DNA of 64,000 nt from Candidatus Poribacteria bacterium (GCA_965222225.1 CBDCTK010000002.1:2016001-2080000); one strand, 5' to 3'. Shown: positions 10,825-22,078, counted from the first letter of the stretch. The notes: a model not told the origin generated them from the letters alone. Translations and numbers: made by a program.

Positions 10825-11892
10825 TCATTTTTGTTTAACGGTGCCCCAGGTGGTGGCGGATTTGCCGTGGGGTTGCACGACCGAGATTGTGGCGCGGAAG
10901 ATGCCTTCTCGGGTGAGGGCATAGAGTTCGGATTGATGGGAGACGAGCGCACTAACTGTAAGCCACTGCAGACCTGCGGGAATCCATGTGTCCGAGCGTG
11001 CATCAAACATGTAGACGCCGTGATCATAAAGTCCGGCAAACAGACTGCCGCGGATTACAGCCAGGCTTGTTAAACTGGGCGCGTGGTCTAGATACCCATC
11101 GGAATCGCTTGGAAGCCCTACGATGCGATACTCCCAAGGGAAGGGGAGTCCTTCTTCGTTCCATCGTGCAAAGCCTTTGCCTCCGGCGACGTATAATCGA
11201 TCATTGAACACCGCCCAGTCGTGCGCCGGGTGGTGTCCGAAACGGGGAATAGATTCCCACGTGTGGCCGTTGTCAGGGGAACGGAACATGCTGCCATCCG
11301 ATTCGCTCCAGAGATAACCATCGAACTCAGTCATCGACAAGATACTACGGGCTATTGGCCAGTCGGGCGCTCCCCACGCGTCTTGGCGCACTATCCAGTC
11401 GTCTATTACGCCGTGCCATGTCTCACCTCGGTCGGTCGATGTATACGTACCCAAGCACGTCACAGTGATGACTGTGCCAGAACTGGTGACGAGGATTTGC
11501 TCAACGCGTCCGTATTGGTCGAGTTCTTCGTATAGGGGCAATCCGTCGTTTATGGGCTTCCATGTCTCGCCGAGATTGTCGGAGCGAACTACGCCGTTGC
11601 CATGTGTTCCTGCATACACGGTATTTTGATGGATTGCAATTGCAGTACACGTGTGTTTAACTTCGCTTGAACCCCAGGTGTAACCGTCATCGAGGGAGAT
11701 GTATACGCCATTCCATGTCCCGGCGTAGAGTCGGCGTCCATCGGTTTCAAGTGCGTTCACGCGCCCCATGGGCTGCGCGACAGTCAGTTGAGTCCACTCG
11801 GCGCGGATATTCGCATCCGATTCGTTCGCCAGCATAGTCGTTGTTACTAAGAAAATGAACGCGGTTCGCATTAAACGTCGAGTCCATATCAT
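10825..11892 (-). CDS. Secreted beta-propeller (BNR/Asp-box repeat) protein with KSATTWG tail
   Basis: Repeated SxDxGxTW boxes; C-terminus QPHGKSATTWGTVK. Confidence 0.75.
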   Translation of the reverse strand: MIWTRRLMRTAFIFLVTTTMLANESDANIRAEWTQLTVAQPMGRVNALETDGRRLYAGTWNGVYISLDDGYTWGSSEVKHTCTAIAIHQNTVYAGTHGNGVVRSDNLGETWKPINDGLPLYEELDQYGRVEQILVTSSGTVITVTCLGTYTSTDRGETWHGVIDDWIVRQDAWGAPDWPIARSILSMTEFDGYLWSESDGSMFRSPDNGHTWESIPRFGHHPAHDWAVFNDRLYVAGGKGFARWNEEGLPFPWEYRIVGLPSDSDGYLDHAPSLTSLAVIRGSLFAGLYDHGVYMFDARSDTWIPAGLQWLTVSALVSHQSELYALTREGIFRATISVVQPHGKSATTWGTVKQK

Positions 11893-11948
11893 TGGATTTC
11901 CTCCCTAAGAACTGATGGCTATCGGATTGACTGCGTTAGTAGAGTGCG

Positions 11949-11964
11949 CGCAAGTTATGTACCA
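11949..11964 (-). promoter_or_regulatory. Candidate sigma-54 -24/-12 promoter
   Basis: Minus strand TGGTACATAACTTGCG (GG-N10-GC), about 57 nt upstream of the 11892 start. Confidence 0.45.
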
Positions 11965-12359
11965 CTCCCATAAGCTGCCCCGACTTGGCACTACCCCGCG
12001 AATTTCATCGGCATTGTCCTCCGATGTGTCATGGAGACGCAATGGCGTTTCGTGTTTTCGTGTCTAAAAAGTGAACGCCGATGTTCATTTTTTGTACAGG
12101 AGGGGCATTGACAGTTCTCGCAACCGTGCCTATGTCCTACAAATCTGGTAGAGCATCTGTGTCGACCTACCTTCCACCTTTCTTCGGCTAGGAAATCGTA
12201 GGATAGTCTGACGTTGCTCAGCGTCAGGACAGGTTGCAACGCAGTTTAACCCTACTCCCATGCCACAGATGCACACGCTGCCTTGGCGAACTCACAAGTT
12301 CAAGTCGTTGCGTGTCCCGAAAACTTGGAATTTGGCTTGTGCTCCTGTACGGCGGCAGA

Positions 12360-12376
12360 TTGGCAGGAAATTTGCT
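12360..12376 (+). promoter_or_regulatory. Candidate sigma-54 -24/-12 promoter
   Basis: TTGGCAGGAAATTTGCT (GG-N10-GC) upstream of the LamG triplet. Confidence 0.5.
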
Positions 12377-12467
12377 GTCTGTTAGGAAAATCGGCTTCTA
12401 GCGCCAAACACTATGAACGTGGATCGCTCGGCACACCTACATGAAACATAAAATGGGAGGAATCGAA

Positions 12468-13373
12468 ATGCAGGGGATTACACTAGCAAACACTCAATCA
12501 GCGGGAATCATGAGATTCAGGACAGCGTATTCATTCTGTGCTCTGGCCTTGATTGCATTGATATTTGTCGCGCCAAGAGTAGCCGCTTTACCTGAGAAGG
12601 TTCCCCGCGACGTGTTGAAACTGCGCCCGGACGGGTATGTCTACGCCGATTACTCCGGCGTCTTCGATGACGCTGAAGGCGAAGGCATTACGGTTGAGGC
12701 GTGGATATATTTGACGGAGCGTCCACAAGATGGAGATTATCAAGATCCCGAGAGACGGTGGATTATTTTTGCCAAGCCCTTTAGCTATTTCGTTGCTATC
12801 ACCGGAAGGGATTTAGGCTCTGGCCTCGATCGGCGTTACCCGGAAGGTACCGTATACATCGATTTTGGAGTACAGCGTCAGCGCGGTGGCGGCTTGAGTT
12901 CGGGAATTTTGAGCCGTATAATTTTGCCCCACGATGTCCCATTGAAGCGTTGGGTACATATTGCCTATCAGATTGCCGTGAAAGGAAATAGTACACAATC
13001 GATATCGTATTTTGATGGCGGAGGGAGCGGAGGCAGCTTTGGGAGCGCCATGGGGCGCACCGATGCGCCGCTGCTAATTGGCGGGAGCAAACGAAATGTG
13101 CGGGGATGGGGAGGCAGATATGGATCCATTTTAGGCTACATTGACGAAGTTCGGGTTTCCAAGGGGTTCCGTTACGGCGAGGCGGCAAGGAGAAAAATCC
13201 GTCCGAAGAGACGATTTCGGGAGGACGGGCGTACGATAGCGCTCTGGCACTTTGATGAAGGCCTCGGCGCGACGCGTTATGCAGATTCCTCCAGCAACGG
13301 CTATACGCTCCGAGCGGGCGGTTCGCTTGCCTTTGATTCACGCGGAAAGCTGGCGGCTACTTGGGAAACATAA
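12468..13373 (+). CDS. Secreted LamG-like jellyroll protein, paralog 1
   Basis: TVEAWIY, WVHIA, GYIDEVRVS, ALWHFDEG, KLAATW tail; start could also be 12441 or 12510. Confidence 0.8.
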   Translation: MQGITLANTQSAGIMRFRTAYSFCALALIALIFVAPRVAALPEKVPRDVLKLRPDGYVYADYSGVFDDAEGEGITVEAWIYLTERPQDGDYQDPERRWIIFAKPFSYFVAITGRDLGSGLDRRYPEGTVYIDFGVQRQRGGGLSSGILSRIILPHDVPLKRWVHIAYQIAVKGNSTQSISYFDGGGSGGSFGSAMGRTDAPLLIGGSKRNVRGWGGRYGSILGYIDEVRVSKGFRYGEAARRKIRPKRRFREDGRTIALWHFDEGLGATRYADSSSNGYTLRAGGSLAFDSRGKLAATWET

Positions 13374-13392
13374 AACGTTAGGAGGTGTCACC

Positions 13393-14250
13393 ATGAAGGG
13401 CATGTACGTATCAGTCATTTGCTGGCTGATTATAGTTGATCACGGCTTCGCTGTACCGGAAGGCATACCCCTCGATGTGTTCAAAGCACAGCGGGACGGT
13501 TATCTCTACGCGGATTACCCGGGCGTCTTCGATGACGCTGAAGGCGACGGCATCACGATAGAAGCGTGGATTTATTTGACCGATAAACCGAAAGATGGGG
13601 ATTATTGGGACACAAGCGAGGGACATTGGTTTATCATTGGCAAGCCCGGCGGCTATTTCGTTACTATCACCGGTAGGGATTTAAGCCTTTCTATTCAACA
13701 GAGAGATCCGGAAGGCACTGCATATGTCTATTTTGGAGTACAGAGCACGGATGGCAAGGGTTCGGCAAGTTCGGGGGGTCAGATTCGTCCCCGCGATTTC
13801 CCGTTGAGACGTTGGGCGCATATTGCGTTTCAGTTGGTGGTGAAACGAGATGGCACCCATGACTCCACGTTTTTTGACCGCGAACTCTTCGGGGGATTCA
13901 GCACCTACATACGGATGGGACGCGTGGCAACGCCGCTAATGATCGGCGGCGCCACGCCTGTAACCTTCAGAAACGGACTTCCGTGGGGCGACGGTTATGA
14001 ATCTATGAAAGGCTATATTGACGAGGTACGTATTTCGAAGGGACTACGATATGAGACAAAGGGGAAGGCATTAATCCGTCCGCGGGCGCGGTTTCGACTA
14101 GATGAGCAGACGATAGCGTTGTGGCACTTCGATGAGGGGCCTGGGTCACGCATTTACCGGGATTCGTCCGGCAACGATTATCATCTCTTCCCCGGCGGTT
14201 CGCTCGCTGTTCATTCACTTGGAAAACTGGCGGCTACTTGGGCAAGCTGA
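13393..14250 (+). CDS. Secreted LamG-like jellyroll protein, paralog 2
   Basis: RBS ggaggtg; TIEAWIY, GYIDEVRIS, ALWHFDEG, KLAATW. Confidence 0.8.
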   Translation: MKGMYVSVICWLIIVDHGFAVPEGIPLDVFKAQRDGYLYADYPGVFDDAEGDGITIEAWIYLTDKPKDGDYWDTSEGHWFIIGKPGGYFVTITGRDLSLSIQQRDPEGTAYVYFGVQSTDGKGSASSGGQIRPRDFPLRRWAHIAFQLVVKRDGTHDSTFFDRELFGGFSTYIRMGRVATPLMIGGATPVTFRNGLPWGDGYESMKGYIDEVRISKGLRYETKGKALIRPRARFRLDEQTIALWHFDEGPGSRIYRDSSGNDYHLFPGGSLAVHSLGKLAATWAS

Positions 14251-14269
14251 AACGGCAGGAGGTGTCACC

Positions 14270-15175
14270 ATGAAGGGAATATACGTATCAGCCATTTGCT
14301 GGCTGGTTATAGTTCATCGCGGCTTCGCCGTACCGGAGGGCATACCCCCCGATGTGTTTAAAGCGGGGCGGGACGGCTATCTCTACGCCGATTACCCGGG
14401 AGTCTTCGATGATGCTGAAGGTGAAGGTATCACGATTGAAGCGTGGATTTATTTGACTGATCGACCGAAAGATGGGGATTATTGGGACACGAATGAGGGG
14501 CGTTGGTTAATCCTTGGCAAGCCCGGAAGTTATCACGTTTCCACCACGGGAAGAGACCTGGGCTCACCCATCTGCCCGGATGCCCAGGAGGGGTTAACCT
14601 ACATGTGGTTTGCAATTGAGCGAGCGGCCGGCAATTCTTGGGGCGCATCGAGTACTGGGCTTCCAATCGCACCCGAAGAATTCCCGTTGCGTCGCTGGGT
14701 GCATTTTGCACATCAGATAGTGGTGAAACAGGACGACATCCACAAAATCCTATTCTACGGCACCGTTCCATCTTACGACCGCAAAAACTGGTCGGGCGAT
14801 CGCAGGCGCCTCATGGGTCGCGAAAATACCCCTCTAGTTATTGGCGGCCCCAAACCTCTGCCACCCAATTACAAATGGGAATGGGATAAGCGCTTCGAAT
14901 CCATGAAGGGTTATATCGACGAAGTCCGCATCTCCAAGGGCGCCTCCTATGGCGACGAAATAGGTGCGGAAATTCATCCAAGACGCCGGTTTCGGGCGGA
15001 TGGGCGGACTATAGCGCTGTGGCACTTTGACGAAGGTCCCGGTGCGCATTTCTATCGGGATTCCTCTGGCAACAATTATCACCTGTTCCCCGGCGGTTCG
15101 CTCGCGGTCGAAGCGCGGGATAAACTGGCTACTACCTGGGGCAGTTTGAAACGCCGCGCTCATGAAATGAAGTAG
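14270..15175 (+). CDS. Secreted LamG-like jellyroll protein, paralog 3
   Basis: RBS aggaggtg; same motifs; intact KLATTWGSLK tail. Confidence 0.82.
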   Translation: MKGIYVSAICWLVIVHRGFAVPEGIPPDVFKAGRDGYLYADYPGVFDDAEGEGITIEAWIYLTDRPKDGDYWDTNEGRWLILGKPGSYHVSTTGRDLGSPICPDAQEGLTYMWFAIERAAGNSWGASSTGLPIAPEEFPLRRWVHFAHQIVVKQDDIHKILFYGTVPSYDRKNWSGDRRRLMGRENTPLVIGGPKPLPPNYKWEWDKRFESMKGYIDEVRISKGASYGDEIGAEIHPRRRFRADGRTIALWHFDEGPGAHFYRDSSGNNYHLFPGGSLAVEARDKLATTWGSLKRRAHEMK

Positions 15176-15528
15176 CTGGGTTTCACGGTGTTCAAACCAA
15201 CCTACGGACTATGTTGATTTGAGGATTTCTATCGCTAGTGCGATTGGATTTATTATCGCAGTAAAGCCCGTTTGAAACATAATTAGAAGAGTCATCTTCC
15301 TACATTTTAAGTATTATTCTCTGTCGCCCCGCTGGGGCTTAGGTGCGCGGAGGTTTCGGTGTATCTATACACCTCTCGCACCGCTGGCGCTCTCCGAGGC
15401 TGGTGGGCAGTGCCCACCCTACAACTAGAATTGGCTATCCGGTCCCAGCGGTTAGAGAGTGCCCTGAATGGTCGGAGGCGTACGGAGGGGTTAGGGGATG
15501 CGCCGGGCGGTTATTGGTTGGCGCGGCG

Positions 15529-18359
15529 TCACTTCAGGATAACCATCTTTCGGGTAGTGGTCGATTCGAGGGTTATCAACTGGTAGAAGTAGGTTCCCGA
15601 TGCAACCGGCTCTCCGCCATTATTGCGTCCACCCCAGTATGCGGCGCGCGATTTGCCAACGTAGAATCCGGCGCCTTGGAAGCCAAGTTCAAAATCCCGA
15701 ACGAGTGTTCCCGTCGGGGTGTAGATACGGATGGCGGCATGGGTATCAATCGCCAACTGGTACGGCATCCAGGTCTCTGGATTGAACGGATTCGGATAGT
15801 TGGGTAGCAACGCGGTGGTTATAGGTATCATGTCGTCCGGTGTCAGCCGCAACTCGGTGAAGGCGCGACGGATATCTCTCGCGTCAAGTTTGTGGTGCAG
15901 CGTGCGAATCAGCTCGCCACTCCCGCCGCGGACTTCAATAATCAAGGTATCGCCAACGGCAGCGACCATTTGGCGGTTCATATCCGCCCAGACAGCGTGC
16001 AATCTCCCCACCTCAACGACATCGACCTCTCCGGTGCGCTGGTTGTGTACGGTTAGCGATATGCCGTCAAGCCCTTCAAGCCGCGCGTGGAGCACCAATG
16101 CCCAGACCCCCGAAGTCTGGCGCGGAGCGGGTGCGTTTTGCCATGCGCGACCGGTGAATGCGGCGACCTTCGATTCGGTCACGTTGACGATGTAGCCCTT
16201 GCCACCTTCAATCGGGAAGCCGCCACCGGGAGAGTTTGCCGTGAATCCGATGAACTTGCCAACCGATGGGTTGTACTCAATGACGGTTGTCGCGCCAAGT
16301 TTTTCCATGAAGGATCGGGCGGTGTAGGGTTCATCCGGCATCAAGGGTAGACTAATCATATTCAACCCTGCGCCGAGTTGTGTCTCAAATGTGTTCGTGA
16401 TTGCTGGTGGGGCAGCCAAGCTGTCCGCTCGAAGTGCGAGGTTCTGAATGCGTTCATCGCTTTCGGCGCCGACGTCGGCGATCGAATACGGGGTTTCAGA
16501 GAAGTTCGCCGCGAGGTATTCCACAAATGCATCCTGCTCTCTGCCCGGAGCGACAAAGTCGGCTTGTCCGCCGGATTGTTCCTCTGTCATCACGTCGGGC
16601 AGGTCGACGCGATTCGTATCGGGGTAGTTCGGGTACGGATAGTCGTCGCCGCCATCGGCGAGGAAGTCGAGCGTGACGATGCGGAAGGTTCGGCCCTCAT
16701 CGCCGACAACCCCGCCATTTTGTGCGACGACATCAGTCGGATTTCCGTTGGAATTGGTGATGACGAGCGATCTGACCCTTGCAGCTGCTGGCTGTGACAC
16801 GTCGTAACTGAAAGCCAGTCCGCCGACCTGAGGAAACTGCCCGGTGTTCACGCCCGGCTGCGCTTCGGTGATGGCGTGTTCAACCACCTCAAGGAGTTGC
16901 GCCGCCGTTAGCGTCAAAAGACTTAGACCGTTGTTGAACCGGATCGTATTTTCGATGTCGAGCTGCGAGATTTCGCCTTCGGCTTTGCCGACGAGCGCGT
17001 TCCCGGGCGGTGGAAGTTCACCCACACCCACGGTGACGCCGATGGAGGCGCGGATGCCGCCCCCGTTTTTGAGGGAGGCGACCACGGTCGGATCGACCCG
17101 CCGAGCGGCGTCCAAGTTGGCATCGGCGGTCAGGTTGCCGAGGTTCGTTTCCTCCGCCCGCACCGCCCCGCGTCTGCCTTCCAAGTAGACGCTTGTACTC
17201 CCGAAGATATTTCCATCCTTCGTGATAACCACGTTACGAACCGCCTCGGTGATTGCAACGACTTGCGGCGCGGGGTCGGCGTCCCCGGTATCCGTAACCC
17301 CAACCTCGTCCGTAGCAAACACTCCGCTTACTTCAGGGTCGATGGAATCCGGTATCAGAACGCCAGCCTCGTCAAAATCGAGGACAAGCCGACCAACGTA
17401 TTTGTAATCGCCATCCGTACTGACGATTGCCACGGGTTCCTCCGCCGCGGAAGTTGTCAGAATCGGATAAACCCCGGCGGCGGTGTCGCCGTCGCGCAGG
17501 CGGTCGGTGGCGTCCGCGAGCAGCGTGTTCGAACCGCCGGAAATGATGATGTCAACGCCGTGCAACAGCGGCGCCAACGCCTCATCAATGGAAATTCGCT
17601 GAAGGTGACCGGTGAGAATAATCACCTTCACGCCGGTCGATTTCAGGTCGTTAACGGCTGTTTGGATAATTCCGCCAGCCCCGGAATATCTTCCCGGTTC
17701 TCGGGCACAATTCCGACATCACCCGGCGATGATATGGTTCGGAGCCATGGCGTCGTTGCGCCGACAACACCTATTTTTTCGCCTGAAGGGGTGGTGATGA
17801 CCGCGCTCTTGCTAAGACTGTTGGGAATCGCGATCGCCTCTTGCCCGGCGTCGACGACAAGCGGGGCGAGGGCGCTATCGAGACTGAAATCCAAGTTTGC
17901 GCTCAGGAACGGGAACGCCGTGCCGACGTAGCCTATGCCATCAGCTTGGATTAGCCCGGCGATTGCACTAGTGCCCAAGTCAAATTCATGGTTGCCAAGC
18001 GCCGATGCCATGAAGCCCATGGCATTGAGCATCAGGATGTCCGCGCGCCCTGACCCCTCTCGCCCCAAGACATCGCGAAGGCTCGGGTCATTGCCCGCCG
18101 CGAAAAACGAGCCGGGGATATAGGTGTCGCCCGCTCCGATGATAACGGTGTTCTCCTCCTCGGCTTTGAGCGCGTTCAGTACGGCGGAGAAGCGGGGGGC
18201 GTTTTCGAGCGCTTCGACGCCGCTTTCAAGGTCGGCTGCGTGGAGCAGTTGAAGCGTGAAGTGGGCAGGGGTGTCCTGAGAAAACGCAGGGCTGACCGGG
18301 ATTAGCGCCGAGAAAATGATACAAACGGAGATTGAAATAGCGTGTTGCTTAGAAAGCAT
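15529..18359 (-). pseudogene. Secreted 5'-nucleotidase (metallophosphoesterase plus 5'-NT C domain) with FlgD/T9SS-like C-terminal domain, split by a 1-nt frameshift near 17672
   Basis: ORF 17643-18461 (LHAADLE, GNHEFD) and ORF 15529-17631 (NGGGIR, FPQVGG, NYPNPFNPETW) join if one G is restored: GCG GGA ATT ATC CAA. May be a sequencing error. Confidence 0.75.
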
Positions 18360-18894
18360 TCGGAAATACTCCTTTGATTTATCTAGGGCAGTTGGAATCT
18401 GGTGGCAGAGCCGTTCTTGGTCGTACGGGTTGTCATTTGGCTTGAAGACAAGATGAGACAAAGGGTAACACGGAGATTGTGTTTTTGCAACTTACATCAT
18501 TTGATTTACATACGATACCAGACGGATGTTACGGGAGGTTGTCGCTTTCATGACTTTTTCATGCCAATGGGAGGGGGAGGATAAACTTCCGAAAAAAAAG
18601 CGCTGCTATGAACCGGTCGTGGAGTGAGGGAGAGAAGAAGGGAAGGGGGGAAGATTGGAAGGGACGCGGATTAGCATGGATGGGGCAAGAGGAGAAGGGA
18701 GATTGGGGATTTGGTGGCCGAGGATTGTGCGTAGGGCTTACAGAGGAAGAAACCGAATTTTCAAGCGAAAACTTGGTTTCGTGCAGTACGTTAGGTTGGG
18801 TTGAACGGCTAAAAACAAACGACAATTAATGCTATATGTTAGTGAGACCTGACCTCCAGGTCTGCTGCCATATACCGATTTGGTTTAACCCAAC

Positions 18895-19335
18895 CTACGT
18901 ACTGTCAACGCCGTCAGCCTTGACACTTGTCCGTTCTCTAACTTCCGCACGGAGATCGTTTGCCACGCCGTCTATTTTGTCTATCACTTGCATTATGTCC
19001 CTATGATGCGCCCGTGAATTGGCATCTATCTTCTCATCGAGTCGGGTGAAGCCAGCGTCCATCTTCTCATCGAGTCGGGTAAAACCAGCGTCCATCTTTT
19101 CATCAAGTTTCAAAATATCGGAGCGGAACTGCCGCATATCCTCTCGGAGTTCCTTCATCACCGCTTGAATTGAGACTGCTACCAAGTTTATCTGTTCTTG
19201 CAGTCTATCATCAGCTCTGTTCATCTCTGCTCTCGTCGCCACTGATGTTGTGATTTTCCACCAGAGCGCGCCAATCCCGATTAGCACTCCAATCAGCGGT
19301 ATGACCGACGGTACGATGATTTTGATCCATTCCAT
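18895..19335 (-). CDS. Hypothetical membrane-anchored coiled-coil protein
   Basis: RBS gagga; N-terminal TM helix; heptad-rich body with tandem LDEKMDAGFTR. Confidence 0.65.
   Translation of the reverse strand: MEWIKIIVPSVIPLIGVLIGIGALWWKITTSVATRAEMNRADDRLQEQINLVAVSIQAVMKELREDMRQFRSDILKLDEKMDAGFTRLDEKMDAGFTRLDEKIDANSRAHHRDIMQVIDKIDGVANDLRAEVRERTSVKADGVDST
19028..19107. repeat. 33-bp coding tandem repeat, about 2.4 units
   Basis: atcttctcatcgagtcgggt(g/a)aa(g/a)ccagcgtcc repeated. Confidence 0.85.
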
Positions 19336-19697
19336 CAGATTCCTCGTTCGTTTTAGGCCTGCGATTTTTTTGACTATAGCACCTTCTCCGCCGATTGTCA
19401 ATCTGCATCGCTCGCAATTAACCTGATTTGCCTGTAATATTCTGCCAGATTTAACGTTTTTGCAGTCTCAAAGGGCAAAAAAAAGCTGAATCGGAGTCAA
19501 TAATATGCTTACAAGGCAAGTATGGGATCTTTTGTCGAATTTTGGATTCGATGATTGAAGATTCTCTAGAATCAGGTAGGATTGTCACGGGGTTTAGGTC
19601 TTGGCAACCTGATGGGATTGGTGTATAATAGGCGTTATCGTGGAACACATTGAGTTGTGAGAAATGAATCGTATTTGTGGTGGAGGAAGACGGTTTA

Positions 19698-20567
19698 ATG
19701 GGCGAAATCTATTCTCCCGGTCGGCGTTTTCGTGATGCGTTATCCGTAGAATGCCCGTTGCAGATTGTTGGCGTTATCAACGCTTATGCCGCAATCATGG
19801 CGGAACGTGTGGGGTTTCGAGCTATCTATCTCTCCGGATCGGGGGTGGCAAGCGCGTCTTACGGTTTGCCGGATTTGGGCATGACCACGCTAAATGACGT
19901 GCTGGAGGATGTGCGTCGGATTACGAACGCGACCGAACTGCCGTTACTCGTGGATGCGGATACGGGTTGGGGCAACGCGTTTATGATTGCGAAGACCGTT
20001 CGCCAGATGATTAGGGCGGGTGCCGCCGCTGCCCATATTGAAGATCAGGTGAGCGCCAAGCGTTGCGGTCACCGCCCGAACAAGGAAGTTGTAAGCCCGG
20101 ACGAGATGGTAGACCGAATCAAAGCCGCCGTGGATGCGAAGACGGATCCGGACTTTGTTCTCATGGCGCGGACGGATGCGCTCGCCATTGAAGGGCTTGA
20201 TGCCGCTATCGAACGTGCGTGCCGATACAAAGATGCCGGAGCGGATATGATTTTTGCGGAAGCCGTTACCGAGTTGGAGCAGTACCGAAAGTTTGCAGAC
20301 GCGGTCTGCCTTCCGATTCTGGCGAATATAACGGAGTTTGGCAAAACCAATCTTTACACAACGGAGGAACTCAGGGGCGCCGGAGTGAGTTTGGCGCTTT
20401 ATCCGCTGTCCGCGTTTCGCGCGATGAATGCCGCCGCGCTCCGTGTGTTTCAGGCGTTGCGGGATGAGGGGACGCAAAAGCGCGTGGTTGATATGATGCA
20501 AACGCGAGACGAATTGTACGAAATCCTCAATTATCATGAGTACGAGCGGAAGATTGATCGGTTTTAG
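19698..20567 (+). CDS. prpB: 2-methylisocitrate lyase
   Basis: [35 protein letters not shown]. Confidence 0.95.
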   Translation: MGEIYSPGRRFRDALSVECPLQIVGVINAYAAIMAERVGFRAIYLSGSGVASASYGLPDLGMTTLNDVLEDVRRITNATELPLLVDADTGWGNAFMIAKTVRQMIRAGAAAAHIEDQVSAKRCGHRPNKEVVSPDEMVDRIKAAVDAKTDPDFVLMARTDALAIEGLDAAIERACRYKDAGADMIFAEAVTELEQYRKFADAVCLPILANITEFGKTNLYTTEELRGAGVSLALYPLSAFRAMNAAALRVFQALRDEGTQKRVVDMMQTRDELYEILNYHEYERKIDRF

Positions 20568-20615
20568 AGGAAGAACGGGGAATTGAGGATTTAACAAACG
20601 CAGGTCGTGTTAGGG

Positions 20616-20713
20616 GGATTACGAAGGATGGTGGGCAGGGGGATCTCTATCGCAGTTGTTATTCACTCCTTTGATCCCACCCTACTATCGCCCTCCCTAT
20701 CCGGTCGGTCGAT
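20616..20713 (+). repeat. Three-layer nest: micro-element containing a REP containing a micro-element (20641-20675)
   Basis: 20616-20622 plus 20686-20713 rejoin into a 35-nt copy. Confidence 0.75.
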
Positions 20714-20775
20714 CGATGTCGGATATGGAATGGACTGATTTACAGGGCGACTTTTGTTGTCGCATGAGGTAAACA

Positions 20776-21897
20776 ATGCAAGCAAAAAAGGCAGGTGGTT
20801 TGGCAGGTGTCACCGCCGGTGAAACGGCTATTTGTACCGTGGGTAGAGAAGGGATAGGCTTGACCTATCGCGGGTATGGTATCGACGATTTGGCTGAGCA
20901 CGCGAGTTTTGAGGAGGTCGCTTACCTGCTCATTCATGGCAAGTTGCCCACACAGTCGGAACTGGATGGTTACCGAGAGACGCTGATTGGCGCACGGGGT
21001 TTGCCGACGGGGCTGAAAACGGTGCTTGAACAGTTGCCGGGCGATGCGCATCCGATGGATGTGCTGCGTACAGGTTGCTCGGCGCTGGGGACGATTGAGC
21101 AGGAAACGGAAAGCACAAACCAGTCTCATATTGCCGATCGGCTTGTAGCTAGTCTCCCGTCAATGTTGCTCTATTGGTACCATTTTCATGAGAGCGGGGT
21201 ACGTATCGAGGTGGATACGGATGACGACACGACCGCCGGGCATTTTCTGCATCTGTTGCATGGTCGGGAGGCTGACGAGTTGCAACGCTGCACGGTCGAT
21301 GTGTCGTTGATTCTTTACGCGGAGCACGAGTTTAACGCCTCGACTTTCGCGGCACGTGTCGCCGCCGCCACACTCACCGACTTCTATTCGGCGGTCTCCG
21401 GCGCCATCGGCGCGCTCAGGGGACCGTTGCATGGCGGCGCCAACGAAGCGGCGATGGCGTTAATCGAACAGTTCGGAACGCCGGACGAGGCTGAAACTTC
21501 TGTCCTAGATATGCTCGCGGCAAAGCAGCTCATCATGGGGTTCGGGCACCGGGTGTACACCGTTTCGGATCCGCGCTCGGACATCATCAAAGGATGGTCG
21601 CGAAAACTCTCCGAAGCGAGCGGAGATTTGACGTTGTTTCAGGTTTCCGAGCGGGTTGAAGAGGTGATGCGGCGGGAGAAGAAGTTGTTCCCGAATCTTG
21701 ATTTCTATATGGCGTCCGCGTATCATCTCTGCGGGATTCCAACGCCGATGTTTACGCCGATTTTTGTCATGGGCAGGATAGCGGGCTGGGCTGCGCATAT
21801 CATTGAGCAGCGGAGCAACAATCGTTTGATTCGGCCGGGGGCGGAGTATATCGGTCCGGACCCGACGGCTTACGTACCCATCGGGGAGCGGGAATAG
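20776..21897 (+). CDS. prpC: 2-methylcitrate synthase
   Basis: EHEFNASTF, GPLHGGANE, GFGHRVY, PNLDF; follows prpB. Confidence 0.92.
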   Translation: MQAKKAGGLAGVTAGETAICTVGREGIGLTYRGYGIDDLAEHASFEEVAYLLIHGKLPTQSELDGYRETLIGARGLPTGLKTVLEQLPGDAHPMDVLRTGCSALGTIEQETESTNQSHIADRLVASLPSMLLYWYHFHESGVRIEVDTDDDTTAGHFLHLLHGREADELQRCTVDVSLILYAEHEFNASTFAARVAAATLTDFYSAVSGAIGALRGPLHGGANEAAMALIEQFGTPDEAETSVLDMLAAKQLIMGFGHRVYTVSDPRSDIIKGWSRKLSEASGDLTLFQVSERVEEVMRREKKLFPNLDFYMASAYHLCGIPTPMFTPIFVMGRIAGWAAHIIEQRSNNRLIRPGAEYIGPDPTAYVPIGERE

Positions 21898-21983
21898 CGC
21901 GGCGGGAATGGAAGGAGGGAAGAGCGGATTGGCGTGGACGGACGGAATCGTGGATTTGGTGATTGTCGATTTGATTCTACAGT

Positions 21984-22078
21984 AAAGGCTGGTAAGAGTT
22001 CTATAGGACCTCTATCGCACTCGCTAATCGCCCATTTGATCTGCCTTGACCGTTATTCACTCGCTTGATCCCAACCTA
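21984..22078 (+). repeat. Degenerate REP with micro-element 22006-22040, one head and two tail remnants
   Basis: Direct reading. Confidence 0.75.

Noticed and set aside
18600-18740. Purine-rich ggaag/gggag tracts (also 24970-25090 and 26065-26110)
   Set aside because: Low-complexity intergenic sequence with no definable unit or supportable function.
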